Shown one piece after another: positions 8,705 through 17,409 of a stretch of 64,000 nucleotides of DNA (its first letter is position 1; each line of letters opens with the position of its first letter). The stretch is from a phage. Below the pieces are notes generated by a model. That model worked only from the letters and a program-made list of their open reading frames with translations, had not been told where the DNA came from and did no database searches. Location of the stretch: NCBI GenBank assembly GCA_018865545.1, contig GCA_018865545.1_3633.1; one strand, given 5' to 3'. Both the position numbers and the translations under genes were made by a program.

Positions 8705-9725
8705 GTACCCAAGCACTAGTCAATTTCGCAATGTTATCCGAGCGGTTAATGACCGTCTGACTTATGATGGTCGTGATGAGAATGGCAATATAAAGCGTAA
8801 GGTTGCCTCTCCAGACCAATATCTCATTCCTTATGTAGGAACAGTTAAAATTCACGGGACTAATTGCCGTGTAGTCTTTAATTCTGAAAATGAGGTTGTA
8901 TACCAGTCCAAAGAACGCGTTTTGTCTCTGGAAGAAGATAATTATGGGTTTATGGCCTTTATGGTTGAAAAAGACCCTAAAGGCCTGTTGGAGCAAGTCA
9001 AACAGATCTGCGAAGATCGTGGTATTGAATTTAAGTTCCCAGTAGAAATCGCTGGGGAATTTGCAGGGAAAGGTATCCAGAAAGGTGTTGCGGTATCTGA
9101 AATCATGCCTTTCTTTACTATTTTCCGTGTGGCAGTAGGAAAAGAGAATGACCATCGGAAATGGTTAGCTTTAAACGATATTCTTGGCATTGGATTACCA
9201 GAACAACGTATTTATAATATTTTAACTTTTGGTAAGTGGGAACTGGATATTCCTTTTAACATGCCAGAGACAGTGCAATCAGAAATTGCACAGATTACCG
9301 AAGGTGTGGAAAAAGAGTGTCCAGTAGGTAAATATTTTGGCGTATCTGGTGTTGGTGAGGGTGTGGTATGGACACCTAAAGATCGCCACTTGGCACATGT
9401 TTCTGCACTTTGGTTTAAAGTGAAAGGGCAAAAACATTCTGTTTCTAAAGTGAAAACCCTGGCTGCTGTTGATCCTGTGAAACTGCAATCTATCAAAGAT
9501 TTTGTGGAGTATGCAGTTACTGAGAACCGTTTACGACAAGGGTTGCAAGAAATTGGATTGGACATCGCATCTCTGGGGGCATTTATCGCATGGGTTAACC
9601 GCGATATCAACAAAGAAGAAGCAGATGTGTTAGAAGCCAATTCTCTTTCTATGAAAGACGTGGCAAAATTTACAACAAATAAAGCCCGTAGTTGGTACAT
9701 GGAACAACTTAACGAGGTGTCTTGA
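8691..9725 (+). CDS. RNA ligase (Rnl2-like nucleotidyltransferase)
   Basis: motif I VKIHGTN (lysine nucleotidyltransferase), EGVVW (motif IV-like), FKVKG (motif V-like). Confidence 0.7.
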   Translation: MQATKYPSTSQFRNVIRAVNDRLTYDGRDENGNIKRKVASPDQYLIPYVGTVKIHGTNCRVVFNSENEVVYQSKERVLSLEEDNYGFMAFMVEKDPKGLLEQVKQICEDRGIEFKFPVEIAGEFAGKGIQKGVAVSEIMPFFTIFRVAVGKENDHRKWLALNDILGIGLPEQRIYNILTFGKWELDIPFNMPETVQSEIAQITEGVEKECPVGKYFGVSGVGEGVVWTPKDRHLAHVSALWFKVKGQKHSVSKVKTLAAVDPVKLQSIKDFVEYAVTENRLRQGLQEIGLDIASLGAFIAWVNRDINKEEADVLEANSLSMKDVAKFTTNKARSWYMEQLNEVS

Positions 9726-9910
9726 TGGCTTTAATTGTTTCTACGACACACACAACTGTAGAACGTGGTATGTTAAAGGCAAAGTGTGACACAATTATTT
9801 TTGAAGATGAAGAACAGGGCAGAAAGTTTATTGAAGACAATAAAACATTTGTATACTCTGTTCAGAAAGCACCTATTGTTAAAGAGAAACAAAACAATGA
9901 TTACGATTAA
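9722..9910 (+). CDS. hypothetical protein
   Basis: 62-aa ORF. Confidence 0.35.
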   Translation: MMALIVSTTHTTVERGMLKAKCDTIIFEDEEQGRKFIEDNKTFVYSVQKAPIVKEKQNNDYD

Positions 9911-10241
9911 TGGTAATACAATTTCTGGAAACTATACCAATGGTAGTATCTCTATCACCACTAAGGGTGATAATGTCTATATCAATGGTGATTTAGTTCA
10001 TACCACAAACGATAAAAACATCACAGTTATTATCAAAGGTGATGCTAAAGAGGTACGTACAACATCAGGTGGTATCAATGTCTATGGAAATGTCTCTAAT
10101 GGTGTGATCTCAACATCTGGGGATATTAATGTTGAGAAAGATATCTTAGGCAATGTATCTTCGGTGTCTGGTGATGTTTGCGCAAATACAATCCATGGAA
10201 GTGTAAACACAGTGTCTGGAGATATTCGTTTCCATCGCTAA
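9897..10241 (+). CDS. small beta-solenoid-like repeat protein
   Basis: 115 aa from ATG 9897; periodic G-x-(I/V)-x-V / SGD(I/V) repeats. Confidence 0.4.
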   Translation: MITINGNTISGNYTNGSISITTKGDNVYINGDLVHTTNDKNITVIIKGDAKEVRTTSGGINVYGNVSNGVISTSGDINVEKDILGNVSSVSGDVCANTIHGSVNTVSGDIRFHR

Positions 10242-10245
10242 CAGA

Positions 10246-10270
10246 AAGCCCCTTTATGGGGCTTATTTGT
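10246..10270 (+). terminator. rho-independent terminator
   Basis: stem AAGCCCC/GGGGCTT, loop TTTAT, then ATTTGT. Confidence 0.5.
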
Positions 10271-10282
10271 CTGGAGTTAGTT

Positions 10283-10801
10283 TTGAAAATAAGATCTTTA
10301 TTATTTGCAGTTTGCTGTGCACTTTCTCTGTCTATTACCCCTGTTCTAGCCAAAGAAAGTGCAAAGAAGCCCCAAGTTCTTCACATTTGCAAGAAGAATG
10401 ATACAGAGCTTAATATTCTTGCCTGTAACTTGTATAAAGAGGGAAGAGGAGAAGGTGATTATGGAATGATGGGTGTCGCTTTTGTCACATTGAATAGAAA
10501 AGATGACAAGAATTTCCCGCATACTATCAAGAAAGTAGTTTACCAGCCGGGGCAATTCTCTTGGACATTCGGTGGGCAATCCTTTAAAGTCTATGAAAAG
10601 GATAGGTGGTTAAGAGCTAAATTTTATGCTAAAATCTTGATGAGATTGCATAAAGACCACAAAAGTTTATACAAGGCTCTTGACTACACAAAATCAGCAA
10701 CGTACTATCATGCAACTACTGTTAGGCCATCTTGGGCAAAAGTCATGGTGAAAACAGTGAAGGTTGGGAATCATATTTTTTACAAGCATCCTGACGCATA
10801 A
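10283..10801 (+). CDS. secreted SleB-like cell wall hydrolase (candidate endolysin)
   Basis: signal-peptide-like N-terminus (KIRSLLFAVCCALSLSITPVLA); KEGRGEGDYGMMGVAFVTLNR and QPGQFSW match the SleB/Hydrolase_2 signature; start placed at TTG 10283 after GGAG. Confidence 0.6.
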   Translation: MKIRSLLFAVCCALSLSITPVLAKESAKKPQVLHICKKNDTELNILACNLYKEGRGEGDYGMMGVAFVTLNRKDDKNFPHTIKKVVYQPGQFSWTFGGQSFKVYEKDRWLRAKFYAKILMRLHKDHKSLYKALDYTKSATYYHATTVRPSWAKVMVKTVKVGNHIFYKHPDA

Positions 10802-10821
10802 TTAGTTCATAGAGGTATTGA

Positions 10822-12822
10822 ATGATTATTCAAAGATCTGACAACAAAGTTCAGGTAACTGGGAACGTAGAAAGATACCAAGCATCAATTGCAATGAATC
10901 CTGAGACTTTCAGTATTCTTATCGATGGAATTTATAAAGATAAACCTTTGGCAGCAGTACGAGAGCCTCTCTTCAACGCTGTAGATGCTCATACAGAGGC
11001 AGGGTGTTCTGATAAACCCATCATCATCCACTCACCAACAGACTTGGAACCTTGGTATTCTGTTAAGGATACAGGGTTAGGTATGGATCATGAGATGGTA
11101 ACACGTACATTCATGATGATTGGTGAGTCCACAAAAAGAAACAGTAATGATCTGATTGGCGCGAAAGGTATTGGGTCAAAAGCGCCTCTTGCAGTAACAG
11201 ATATGTTCACAGTTGTTTCTGTTAAAGATGGAGTGAAAACAACATACTCTGTTCACAAAAACAGCGGAATACCAGAGGTTGTACCTTTATTCTGTTGTGA
11301 AACAACAGAGGAGAATGGTGTAGAGGTTAAATTTAACGTAAACACTTGGGAAACAGGAGCTTATCGACAGGCTATTGTAAAATGCCTTCGTTATGCCAAA
11401 TTCCCATATATTATTAACGATCCTTTTGTTAAAACTCAGATTGAAGATCGCACTTATCCTGTTCAGTATCGGTATGAGGATGAGGAGACTGGCTGGGTTC
11501 TTGAGATGTATAGTAGCATTTCAAGAAACGCTGATAGTGTTGTCATCATGGGGCAACAACCATATCTCTCTGATTATCTCTCTACTCGCAAAGAACTGCC
11601 TATGATGACGGTATCTATCCCTATTGGGGATTGTAATGTAGATCCTGGCAGGGAGTGGACAGTAGAAGGAAAGAATGACGGGGGATTTCGTGATAAACTT
11701 GAAAGTTTTGTGACGAAAGCTATCCGACTTCGCGGAGAAGAAATCACAAAAGAATTAAGCGATCTGCCAACTTTAAAGGCAGTTCTTGATCATATGAAGT
11801 TTATTGGCGGTTACTTCGCTACAAAGTACGGTGCTGCTTTTATTGCAAATAAGTTCAAGAATTATACTGATGGTTCTTACATAGATTACTGTGAAACATA
11901 TGGTGGCGAAGGCTCACGCCGTGGTAAGGATGAGCGTTATTCATACGCAGAGTTGATGAATGGTCATCCACTGGTTTACAATGATGATCACAAGTATGTG
12001 CGCTCTAAATGTAATTGGCTTGCAGAGAAGTTCGGTAAGAGATCGTTTATAACCGATGCTGATTACGCTCTGTCCTTATACAGTGATAAATTCTTTGAGG
12101 GGATGATTTTCAAGTTATCTGAACTTGAAAAACGACCAGTGCAAAAAGCAGATAAAAAGTATGGTGGCTATGGTTATTACGAACCGGGTCATAAAGTTTG
12201 GATAATCAACCAAGATGGCTCCGTAGATGTAACCCGCATTTCCCGTGCTCAGTTTGAAGATATTGAGGCGGCTATGGTCTACTGGGGTGGGCAGGTGAAA
12301 GGATTATGCCCGTTAGGATACGTTTCCAATCTTAGAACAACTTGGAGAAAGCAACCGCCAACATTTCTTAAGAATCTTGGTGTAGCTGGTAAGTTATATA
12401 TTGTGCCTTTAAACAGATCAAGTTGGCTGCCAGATGAGGCACGGGTTATAACTGAGGAGGATATTCATGCTCTTGCAAAAACTAACCTTCTTGAATATCA
12501 TTTATATCAAGAAGTGGGGAAAGATCATGAGTATCATAACATTGTTAAAGAGCTTAGCTATTTTGGTGTGATGGTAGCTAGTTTCCCAAAATGGGAGATG
12601 AAGGTAAACATACCCAGTTATTGTTCAGTTCCTGGCTACGAAGATAGTCGTGAGAAAGCATTAGGGATGATAGAGGCCAAGAAGAGAATTGGGAAAAAGC
12701 TACTACAGATTAAGAAAGATCGTTACCCATTGTTAAAATACATTAATATTAGGCATTTCAATACTCCAGAGATGCTAGAGTATCGTAAATTTATTGACAG
12801 CAAAGGAGAAAAAGGTGAGTAA
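10822..12822 (+). CDS. GHKL (Bergerat-fold) ATPase-like protein
   Basis: N-box EPLFNAVDA, G1 box DTGLGM, G2-like GAKGIGSKA; 666 aa, rest unassigned. Confidence 0.5.
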   Translation: MIIQRSDNKVQVTGNVERYQASIAMNPETFSILIDGIYKDKPLAAVREPLFNAVDAHTEAGCSDKPIIIHSPTDLEPWYSVKDTGLGMDHEMVTRTFMMIGESTKRNSNDLIGAKGIGSKAPLAVTDMFTVVSVKDGVKTTYSVHKNSGIPEVVPLFCCETTEENGVEVKFNVNTWETGAYRQAIVKCLRYAKFPYIINDPFVKTQIEDRTYPVQYRYEDEETGWVLEMYSSISRNADSVVIMGQQPYLSDYLSTRKELPMMTVSIPIGDCNVDPGREWTVEGKNDGGFRDKLESFVTKAIRLRGEEITKELSDLPTLKAVLDHMKFIGGYFATKYGAAFIANKFKNYTDGSYIDYCETYGGEGSRRGKDERYSYAELMNGHPLVYNDDHKYVRSKCNWLAEKFGKRSFITDADYALSLYSDKFFEGMIFKLSELEKRPVQKADKKYGGYGYYEPGHKVWIINQDGSVDVTRISRAQFEDIEAAMVYWGGQVKGLCPLGYVSNLRTTWRKQPPTFLKNLGVAGKLYIVPLNRSSWLPDEARVITEEDIHALAKTNLLEYHLYQEVGKDHEYHNIVKELSYFGVMVASFPKWEMKVNIPSYCSVPGYEDSREKALGMIEAKKRIGKKLLQIKKDRYPLLKYINIRHFNTPEMLEYRKFIDSKGEKGE

Positions 12823-13807
12823 TCCTTTATTCATGTCACGTCGTGAAGCTCGTGAATACGCTAAGAAAAATAATATGGTGGTTGTTGATCGTGGTCTAAA
12901 TGTTCTTAAACGCTGGACAGTTGCACCCAAGAAAGGAATGCCGACAACCAAAAAGGCTAAGGAAGATCCTGTAGGTATTATGAAGCCAGTGCATACTCTT
13001 GCACAACCAATTGTCCTTGTTACCCAAGACAATATCCATATCACTTTGTTAAATGGTGAACAATATACTCTAAATAGTAGCAGCCCCATCTTCAAAGAAG
13101 TTGGTGTTATCCTTTGGACAGGAGGAATAGATGCTGCTGTACAACGTATTTTGGAAGAGAAAGAAGCAGAAAAGAAAAAGACCATTGATTTTGGTGATAA
13201 TTTAGTATTGATAGATAGTGCTTTATATTGGCACGGTCAAAAACAGGAAAGCAGTATTGCTAAACGAATCATTAAAGATATTGAGAATGATTGCTTTGAC
13301 GAACGATATGTCAAATTCATGCAGAAGTTGCTACACAACCCGTCGTATGCTTCTGTTAAAATGCTTTATGATTTTGTAAAACATAATGATCTTGAGATCC
13401 TTGAAAACGGAAATATTAAGGCATACAAGAAAATTAAGATAACTGTAGATGGCCCACGAGATTGTCATACAGGTAAAGTTCCTAATTATAAAGGGCAAGT
13501 GATTTCCATGCCACGTAATATGGTTGAGGATAATCCCAATAGAACATGTAGCCAAGGTTTGCATGTTGCATCTATTGACTATGCCGCTACCTTTGAGAAG
13601 ACTTCAAGGGCACTTGTAGAAGTATCTGTGGATCCGGCAGATATTGTCAGTGTCCCTTATGACTATAACCAGAAAAAATGCCGTTGCTGTCGTTATGAAG
13701 TTCTGACAGGAACACCAAAACCAGCAGGTGCACCAGATATTATTGTCATTGGTGTACAGGGTAAAATTCTTGAAGAGATTTATCTACAAGAATCTAAGGA
13801 GGACTGA
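12815..13807 (+). CDS. hypothetical protein
   Basis: start at GTG 12815 after AAAGGAG (ATG 12833 is an alternative). Confidence 0.45.
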   Translation: MSNPLFMSRREAREYAKKNNMVVVDRGLNVLKRWTVAPKKGMPTTKKAKEDPVGIMKPVHTLAQPIVLVTQDNIHITLLNGEQYTLNSSSPIFKEVGVILWTGGIDAAVQRILEEKEAEKKKTIDFGDNLVLIDSALYWHGQKQESSIAKRIIKDIENDCFDERYVKFMQKLLHNPSYASVKMLYDFVKHNDLEILENGNIKAYKKIKITVDGPRDCHTGKVPNYKGQVISMPRNMVEDNPNRTCSQGLHVASIDYAATFEKTSRALVEVSVDPADIVSVPYDYNQKKCRCCRYEVLTGTPKPAGAPDIIVIGVQGKILEEIYLQESKED

Positions 13808-15111
13808 TGTCTCAATACGGGGTTGGCGTTGAAGAAGCTCTTGGCGCTATAATGTCCGGTGAAAATGTGTTTATCAGTGGTTATGCAGGTGCTGGAAAGA
13901 GCCATACCATAAAAACTATCCAATCCTTATACGCAGGTTCAGTCTTGACAGTGGCCCCTACAGGGGCTGCTGCCATTAATGTGGATGGTATGACGGCACA
14001 CAGAGCTTTCGGACTTTCATTAGGCGTGTCCACTAAAAAAGATGCAGAAGAGATAAAGGCAAAGGCTAAGAAGTTGCTTAAAAGTAAAGCACTGAAGATT
14101 CTTATTATTGAAGAGATAAGTATGTTCAGGGCAGACAAACTTTGGGAAATGGACATGAAATGTCGTCTGGCACGTAAAAAACCTAAAGAGCCTTTCGGTG
14201 GTTTGCAGGTGTGCATGTTCGGGGATTTCTTACAGAATCCACCTGTTTTGAAAGGTGAAGAAAAAGAGATCTACTACCAGTTCCACGACACAGAACTTTG
14301 TTGCTTTTCTAAAACATGGAAAGAATTGAACCCATATCCTGTATTTCTTGATAAAATATACAGGCAAAGTAGTGTTCATTTTTCAACACTTCTTAATTGC
14401 CTTCGCAAGGGAGAGCGTATTCCAGAGATTGTTGAGTTTATGAATACTTATTGCTACAACATGGGAAAACCCTTGGATGCTATAACAATAACCTCAACAA
14501 ACGCGGCAGCAGACAAAATAAACAAAAAACGTTTTGATGCAATACCTGGAATCCCAACAGTTTACAAGGCAAAAAAGACAGGGCAATTTAACCAGACACC
14601 TGTACCTGAAGAGTTATATCTGAAAGAGGGGGCGCAGGTGATGATTACTGTCAATGACCCCAGAGGTCTGGATGAACCAAGTTATGTGAATGGTTCCCGT
14701 GGGGAGATTGTTGAACTACGTAAATACAGTGTTAAAGTCCGCCTTGAGAATGGTGATATTGTTGACGTAGAACCTTATGTGTGGGAAAATGTTGAGTATA
14801 ACCCCATAAAGGTGAAAAACCCAGATGGTACAATAACTGAAGAAATTGAGAAGATTATCATTGGTGAGTACAGGGCTTTACCGATTCGTCTTGGGTGGGC
14901 TGTTACAATACACAAAGCACAAGGATTAACATTACCGGAAGTTAATGTTGACTTTGGCAATGGGACTTTTGCACCGGGCATGGCATACGTGGCTTTTAGC
15001 AGAGCAACAAGTGCAAAAGGATTAAGGTTATTACGTAGGATCAGGGATAAAGATATTATCGTTGATCAACGTCTTGTTAAGTTTTATGAAGAGACTTTCC
15101 CTGGTAAGTAG
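13807..15111 (+). CDS. Dda/Pif1-like SF1B DNA helicase
   Basis: Walker A GYAGAGKSHT, Walker B ILIIEEISM, C-terminal VTIHKAQGLT motif; 434 aa. Confidence 0.75.
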   Translation: MSQYGVGVEEALGAIMSGENVFISGYAGAGKSHTIKTIQSLYAGSVLTVAPTGAAAINVDGMTAHRAFGLSLGVSTKKDAEEIKAKAKKLLKSKALKILIIEEISMFRADKLWEMDMKCRLARKKPKEPFGGLQVCMFGDFLQNPPVLKGEEKEIYYQFHDTELCCFSKTWKELNPYPVFLDKIYRQSSVHFSTLLNCLRKGERIPEIVEFMNTYCYNMGKPLDAITITSTNAAADKINKKRFDAIPGIPTVYKAKKTGQFNQTPVPEELYLKEGAQVMITVNDPRGLDEPSYVNGSRGEIVELRKYSVKVRLENGDIVDVEPYVWENVEYNPIKVKNPDGTITEEIEKIIIGEYRALPIRLGWAVTIHKAQGLTLPEVNVDFGNGTFAPGMAYVAFSRATSAKGLRLLRRIRDKDIIVDQRLVKFYEETFPGK

Positions 15112-15121
15112 GAGATAGCTG

Positions 15122-15547
15122 ATGGCCTCATATTCAAAAAGTGAACTTTTAAAGAAATTTAAAGCTGAATTAAAGGGTTGGTGGGATAATAAAGAATCTC
15201 ATCATGGTAAAGACACCACACATATCCAGATGGCATCGGTTGATGAAATGATGGCTGCATTAGGATATGCACCTCGTTTACTACCTAACTACCCAGATGT
15301 TAAGGATGGTCGTTTTGGATATTATCGTGTTTGGGGTTCTGAAAAACACCCTTTAAACCTGTCTTTTGAAGATGCTGTGTCACTTCATAATAATTGTGTT
15401 TGTAAAGCTCGTGTTTTAGCTCCTGACGCTATCAGCTTTGCTTTACGGAGTAAAATTGTACAACAGGTGGCTGTCCAGCGTTTGAAAGGTAAAGGTGAGA
15501 AAGGTCAGATCAAATCCCAGAAGCGTTGGATTAAATTCGAGGACTAA
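15122..15547 (+). CDS. hypothetical protein
   Basis: 141-aa ORF. Confidence 0.45.
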   Translation: MASYSKSELLKKFKAELKGWWDNKESHHGKDTTHIQMASVDEMMAALGYAPRLLPNYPDVKDGRFGYYRVWGSEKHPLNLSFEDAVSLHNNCVCKARVLAPDAISFALRSKIVQQVAVQRLKGKGEKGQIKSQKRWIKFED

Positions 15548-15549
15548 TT

Positions 15550-15921
15550 ATGAAAATATCTACAAGTAAAGGTACAAGAACAGTGGCAGAAGAAACTTTC
15601 CGTCGACTTATGGAGATTTCTAAAGAACTCTCTGCAAAAGGTGAGCATCGTATGGCGTGCGATGTTGAGAATGCTGCACATATAATAAACTCCTTGGATG
15701 TTCTTATCCATCAGTCTTTGCAAGCCTGTAAAAGAATTGGTTTTGAATATGACCCGACCCTCAAAGAGGGTGAGTTTGCACAAGCGTTCTTCTGGTTGCA
15801 GGAAAAAGGTCAAGACGCATATAATTCTCGTATGGCAGACACAAAGTATCTCTTCTATAAAGGTGTGGAAGAGAAGATCACTGATCTGTTTAACTACTTT
15901 AAGGAAAATAAAGATGTTTAA
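15550..15921 (+). CDS. hypothetical protein
   Basis: 123-aa ORF. Confidence 0.45.
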   Translation: MKISTSKGTRTVAEETFRRLMEISKELSAKGEHRMACDVENAAHIINSLDVLIHQSLQACKRIGFEYDPTLKEGEFAQAFFWLQEKGQDAYNSRMADTKYLFYKGVEEKITDLFNYFKENKDV

Positions 15922-16096
15922 AGTCGAAGACTTTACAGATTTGAGTCAAGTTTCAACTGAGAAATTGTTGAAATTACGAGATGTTGCACGAGACAACTTT
16001 CTTGAAGCAAAGTTGTCTGCCGAAGAGTCGTGGCAGCGATACGAAGACATCCTAAATGAAATTAAGGAGCGAATGAATGTTGAAGAAGCTCTTTAA
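15914..16096 (+). CDS. hypothetical protein
   Basis: start at ATG 15914 overlapping the upstream stop. Confidence 0.35.
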   Translation: MFKVEDFTDLSQVSTEKLLKLRDVARDNFLEAKLSAEESWQRYEDILNEIKERMNVEEAL

Positions 16097-16403
16097 GTGG
16101 TTTTTCCCACCACACCAAAAAGCAGAAAAAGTTTTTGATTTTACTGAGTATAGGGGCAATGGCCATGATATTACACTGCGTCTCAACCAATCTGGGGAGG
16201 TTGCAGAAGCTGTGATTATCTTATCCGATGATGTAGAAAAACCGGAAGATGGTGATCTTGTTATCGTAGATCTTGATAATATTTTTGGTGATGGAAGCGG
16301 AGTGACGACATATGTGATTAGTCACATAGAGTATGTTTCTTCTGAGATCTCAAGAGCAAGTTTAGTCTTGAAGAAGGAGGATATCAATGCAGACAAAAGC
16401 TGA
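16077..16403 (+). CDS. hypothetical protein
   Basis: 108-aa ORF. Confidence 0.4.
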   Translation: MLKKLFKWFFPPHQKAEKVFDFTEYRGNGHDITLRLNQSGEVAEAVIILSDDVEKPEDGDLVIVDLDNIFGDGSGVTTYVISHIEYVSSEISRASLVLKKEDINADKS

Positions 16404-16860
16404 TATCTTAATCGGAGATATTGAGAAACTGGCAAAGAAAGCCACCAGAGGGCACTGGTGGATAGATAGCCATGGACATGCAATGGTAGCATTCCAAAAT
16501 GATAATAAAATAGAAACTGTTTTCATCACAGATCCTAAAATGGGTCCGGCAAAGAGACATGAGGGAACCGGGAATTTATCTCACTGGCAAAATGACTACG
16601 ATGCCAGTTACATTGCCACCGCAAGCCCAGATAATGTTCTGTACATTATTAATGAGCTAAGAGGAAAACGAGATGCTTATGATAAAATTAAAGAGCATCT
16701 CGACAACTTAGGCGGCTATGGCGCAGAATTGAAAAAGCGTGTAGAAGCCGAACTATATGCTAATGGTTGTCAGAGTTCTCTTGTTCACATATTAGCTTTT
16801 GTGGATGCCCTGTTAAAAGAAAATATTGAGTTAAAACAAGAGTTGGGGGAGTATGAATAG
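16387..16860 (+). CDS. hypothetical protein (shares SPxxVLxxIxEL motif with paralogues at 28092-28659)
   Basis: ASPDNVLYIINELRG resembles ATPQLVLALIEEIED and ITPHIVLALLDEIKK of the later ORFs. Confidence 0.4.
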   Translation: MQTKADILIGDIEKLAKKATRGHWWIDSHGHAMVAFQNDNKIETVFITDPKMGPAKRHEGTGNLSHWQNDYDASYIATASPDNVLYIINELRGKRDAYDKIKEHLDNLGGYGAELKKRVEAELYANGCQSSLVHILAFVDALLKENIELKQELGEYE

Positions 16861-17137
16861 CAAATCCCCTATGGTAGACATTGAGTTCGAATACGACCAT
16901 GAGGATTGCGGATTGGTGGTTGTCGAAGCTCTATTTTCTGTTCAAAAACCTGACTTCTTCAGTAAAGAAAGCGACTGGGATTACAACGGTTTTCAGGAAC
17001 TGGAATATTGCGCTGTATTCAAAAACGGTAAGCAAATCTATCTTGACATTCCAGATGATGTGCTATACCATCATTTAAGAGAATACCTAAGAGATCTAGA
17101 GATAAACGGGTGTTACAATAGAGAAGAAGGTTTCTAG
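16853..17137 (+). CDS. hypothetical protein
   Basis: 94-aa ORF. Confidence 0.4.
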   Translation: MNSKSPMVDIEFEYDHEDCGLVVVEALFSVQKPDFFSKESDWDYNGFQELEYCAVFKNGKQIYLDIPDDVLYHHLREYLRDLEINGCYNREEGF

Positions 17138-17141
17138 AATT

Positions 17142-17363
17142 ATGGTTAAAAACACTGTTAAACTCATTGAGTTCAAAATTAGCAAAACAAAAAGAGAAGA
17201 AGTAGAGAGCAAACTGGCTGAACTTCTTGATGATGGCTATGACATTGCAGGACAGCATGAAGCTGAAGGTTGGCTGGTGTATACTTTAGTGAGAAAGCAT
17301 TCCCAAGTGCAAGACATTCCATACGGTGCAGATGGAACTCCTGTCCATACAGCGTTGCATTGA
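17142..17363 (+). CDS. hypothetical protein
   Basis: 73-aa ORF. Confidence 0.4.
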   Translation: MVKNTVKLIEFKISKTKREEVESKLAELLDDGYDIAGQHEAEGWLVYTLVRKHSQVQDIPYGADGTPVHTALH

Positions 17364-17376
17364 TTTCTAGTGTACT

Positions 17377-17406
17377 CAAAAGGCCCACATTACGGGCCTG
17401 TTTTCT
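17377..17406 (+). terminator. rho-independent terminator
   Basis: stem AGGCCC/GGGCCT, 7-nt loop, then GTTTTCT. Confidence 0.5.
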
Positions 17407-17409
17407 GGT

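Noticed and set aside
10178-10282. Track-reported N-terminal extensions (for example 10178, 9786, 20437, 7553, 24410)
   Set aside because: These begin at alternative start codons inside upstream genes or terminator hairpins; internal ATG/GTG/TTG codons with ribosome-binding sites and sensible N-termini were used instead.
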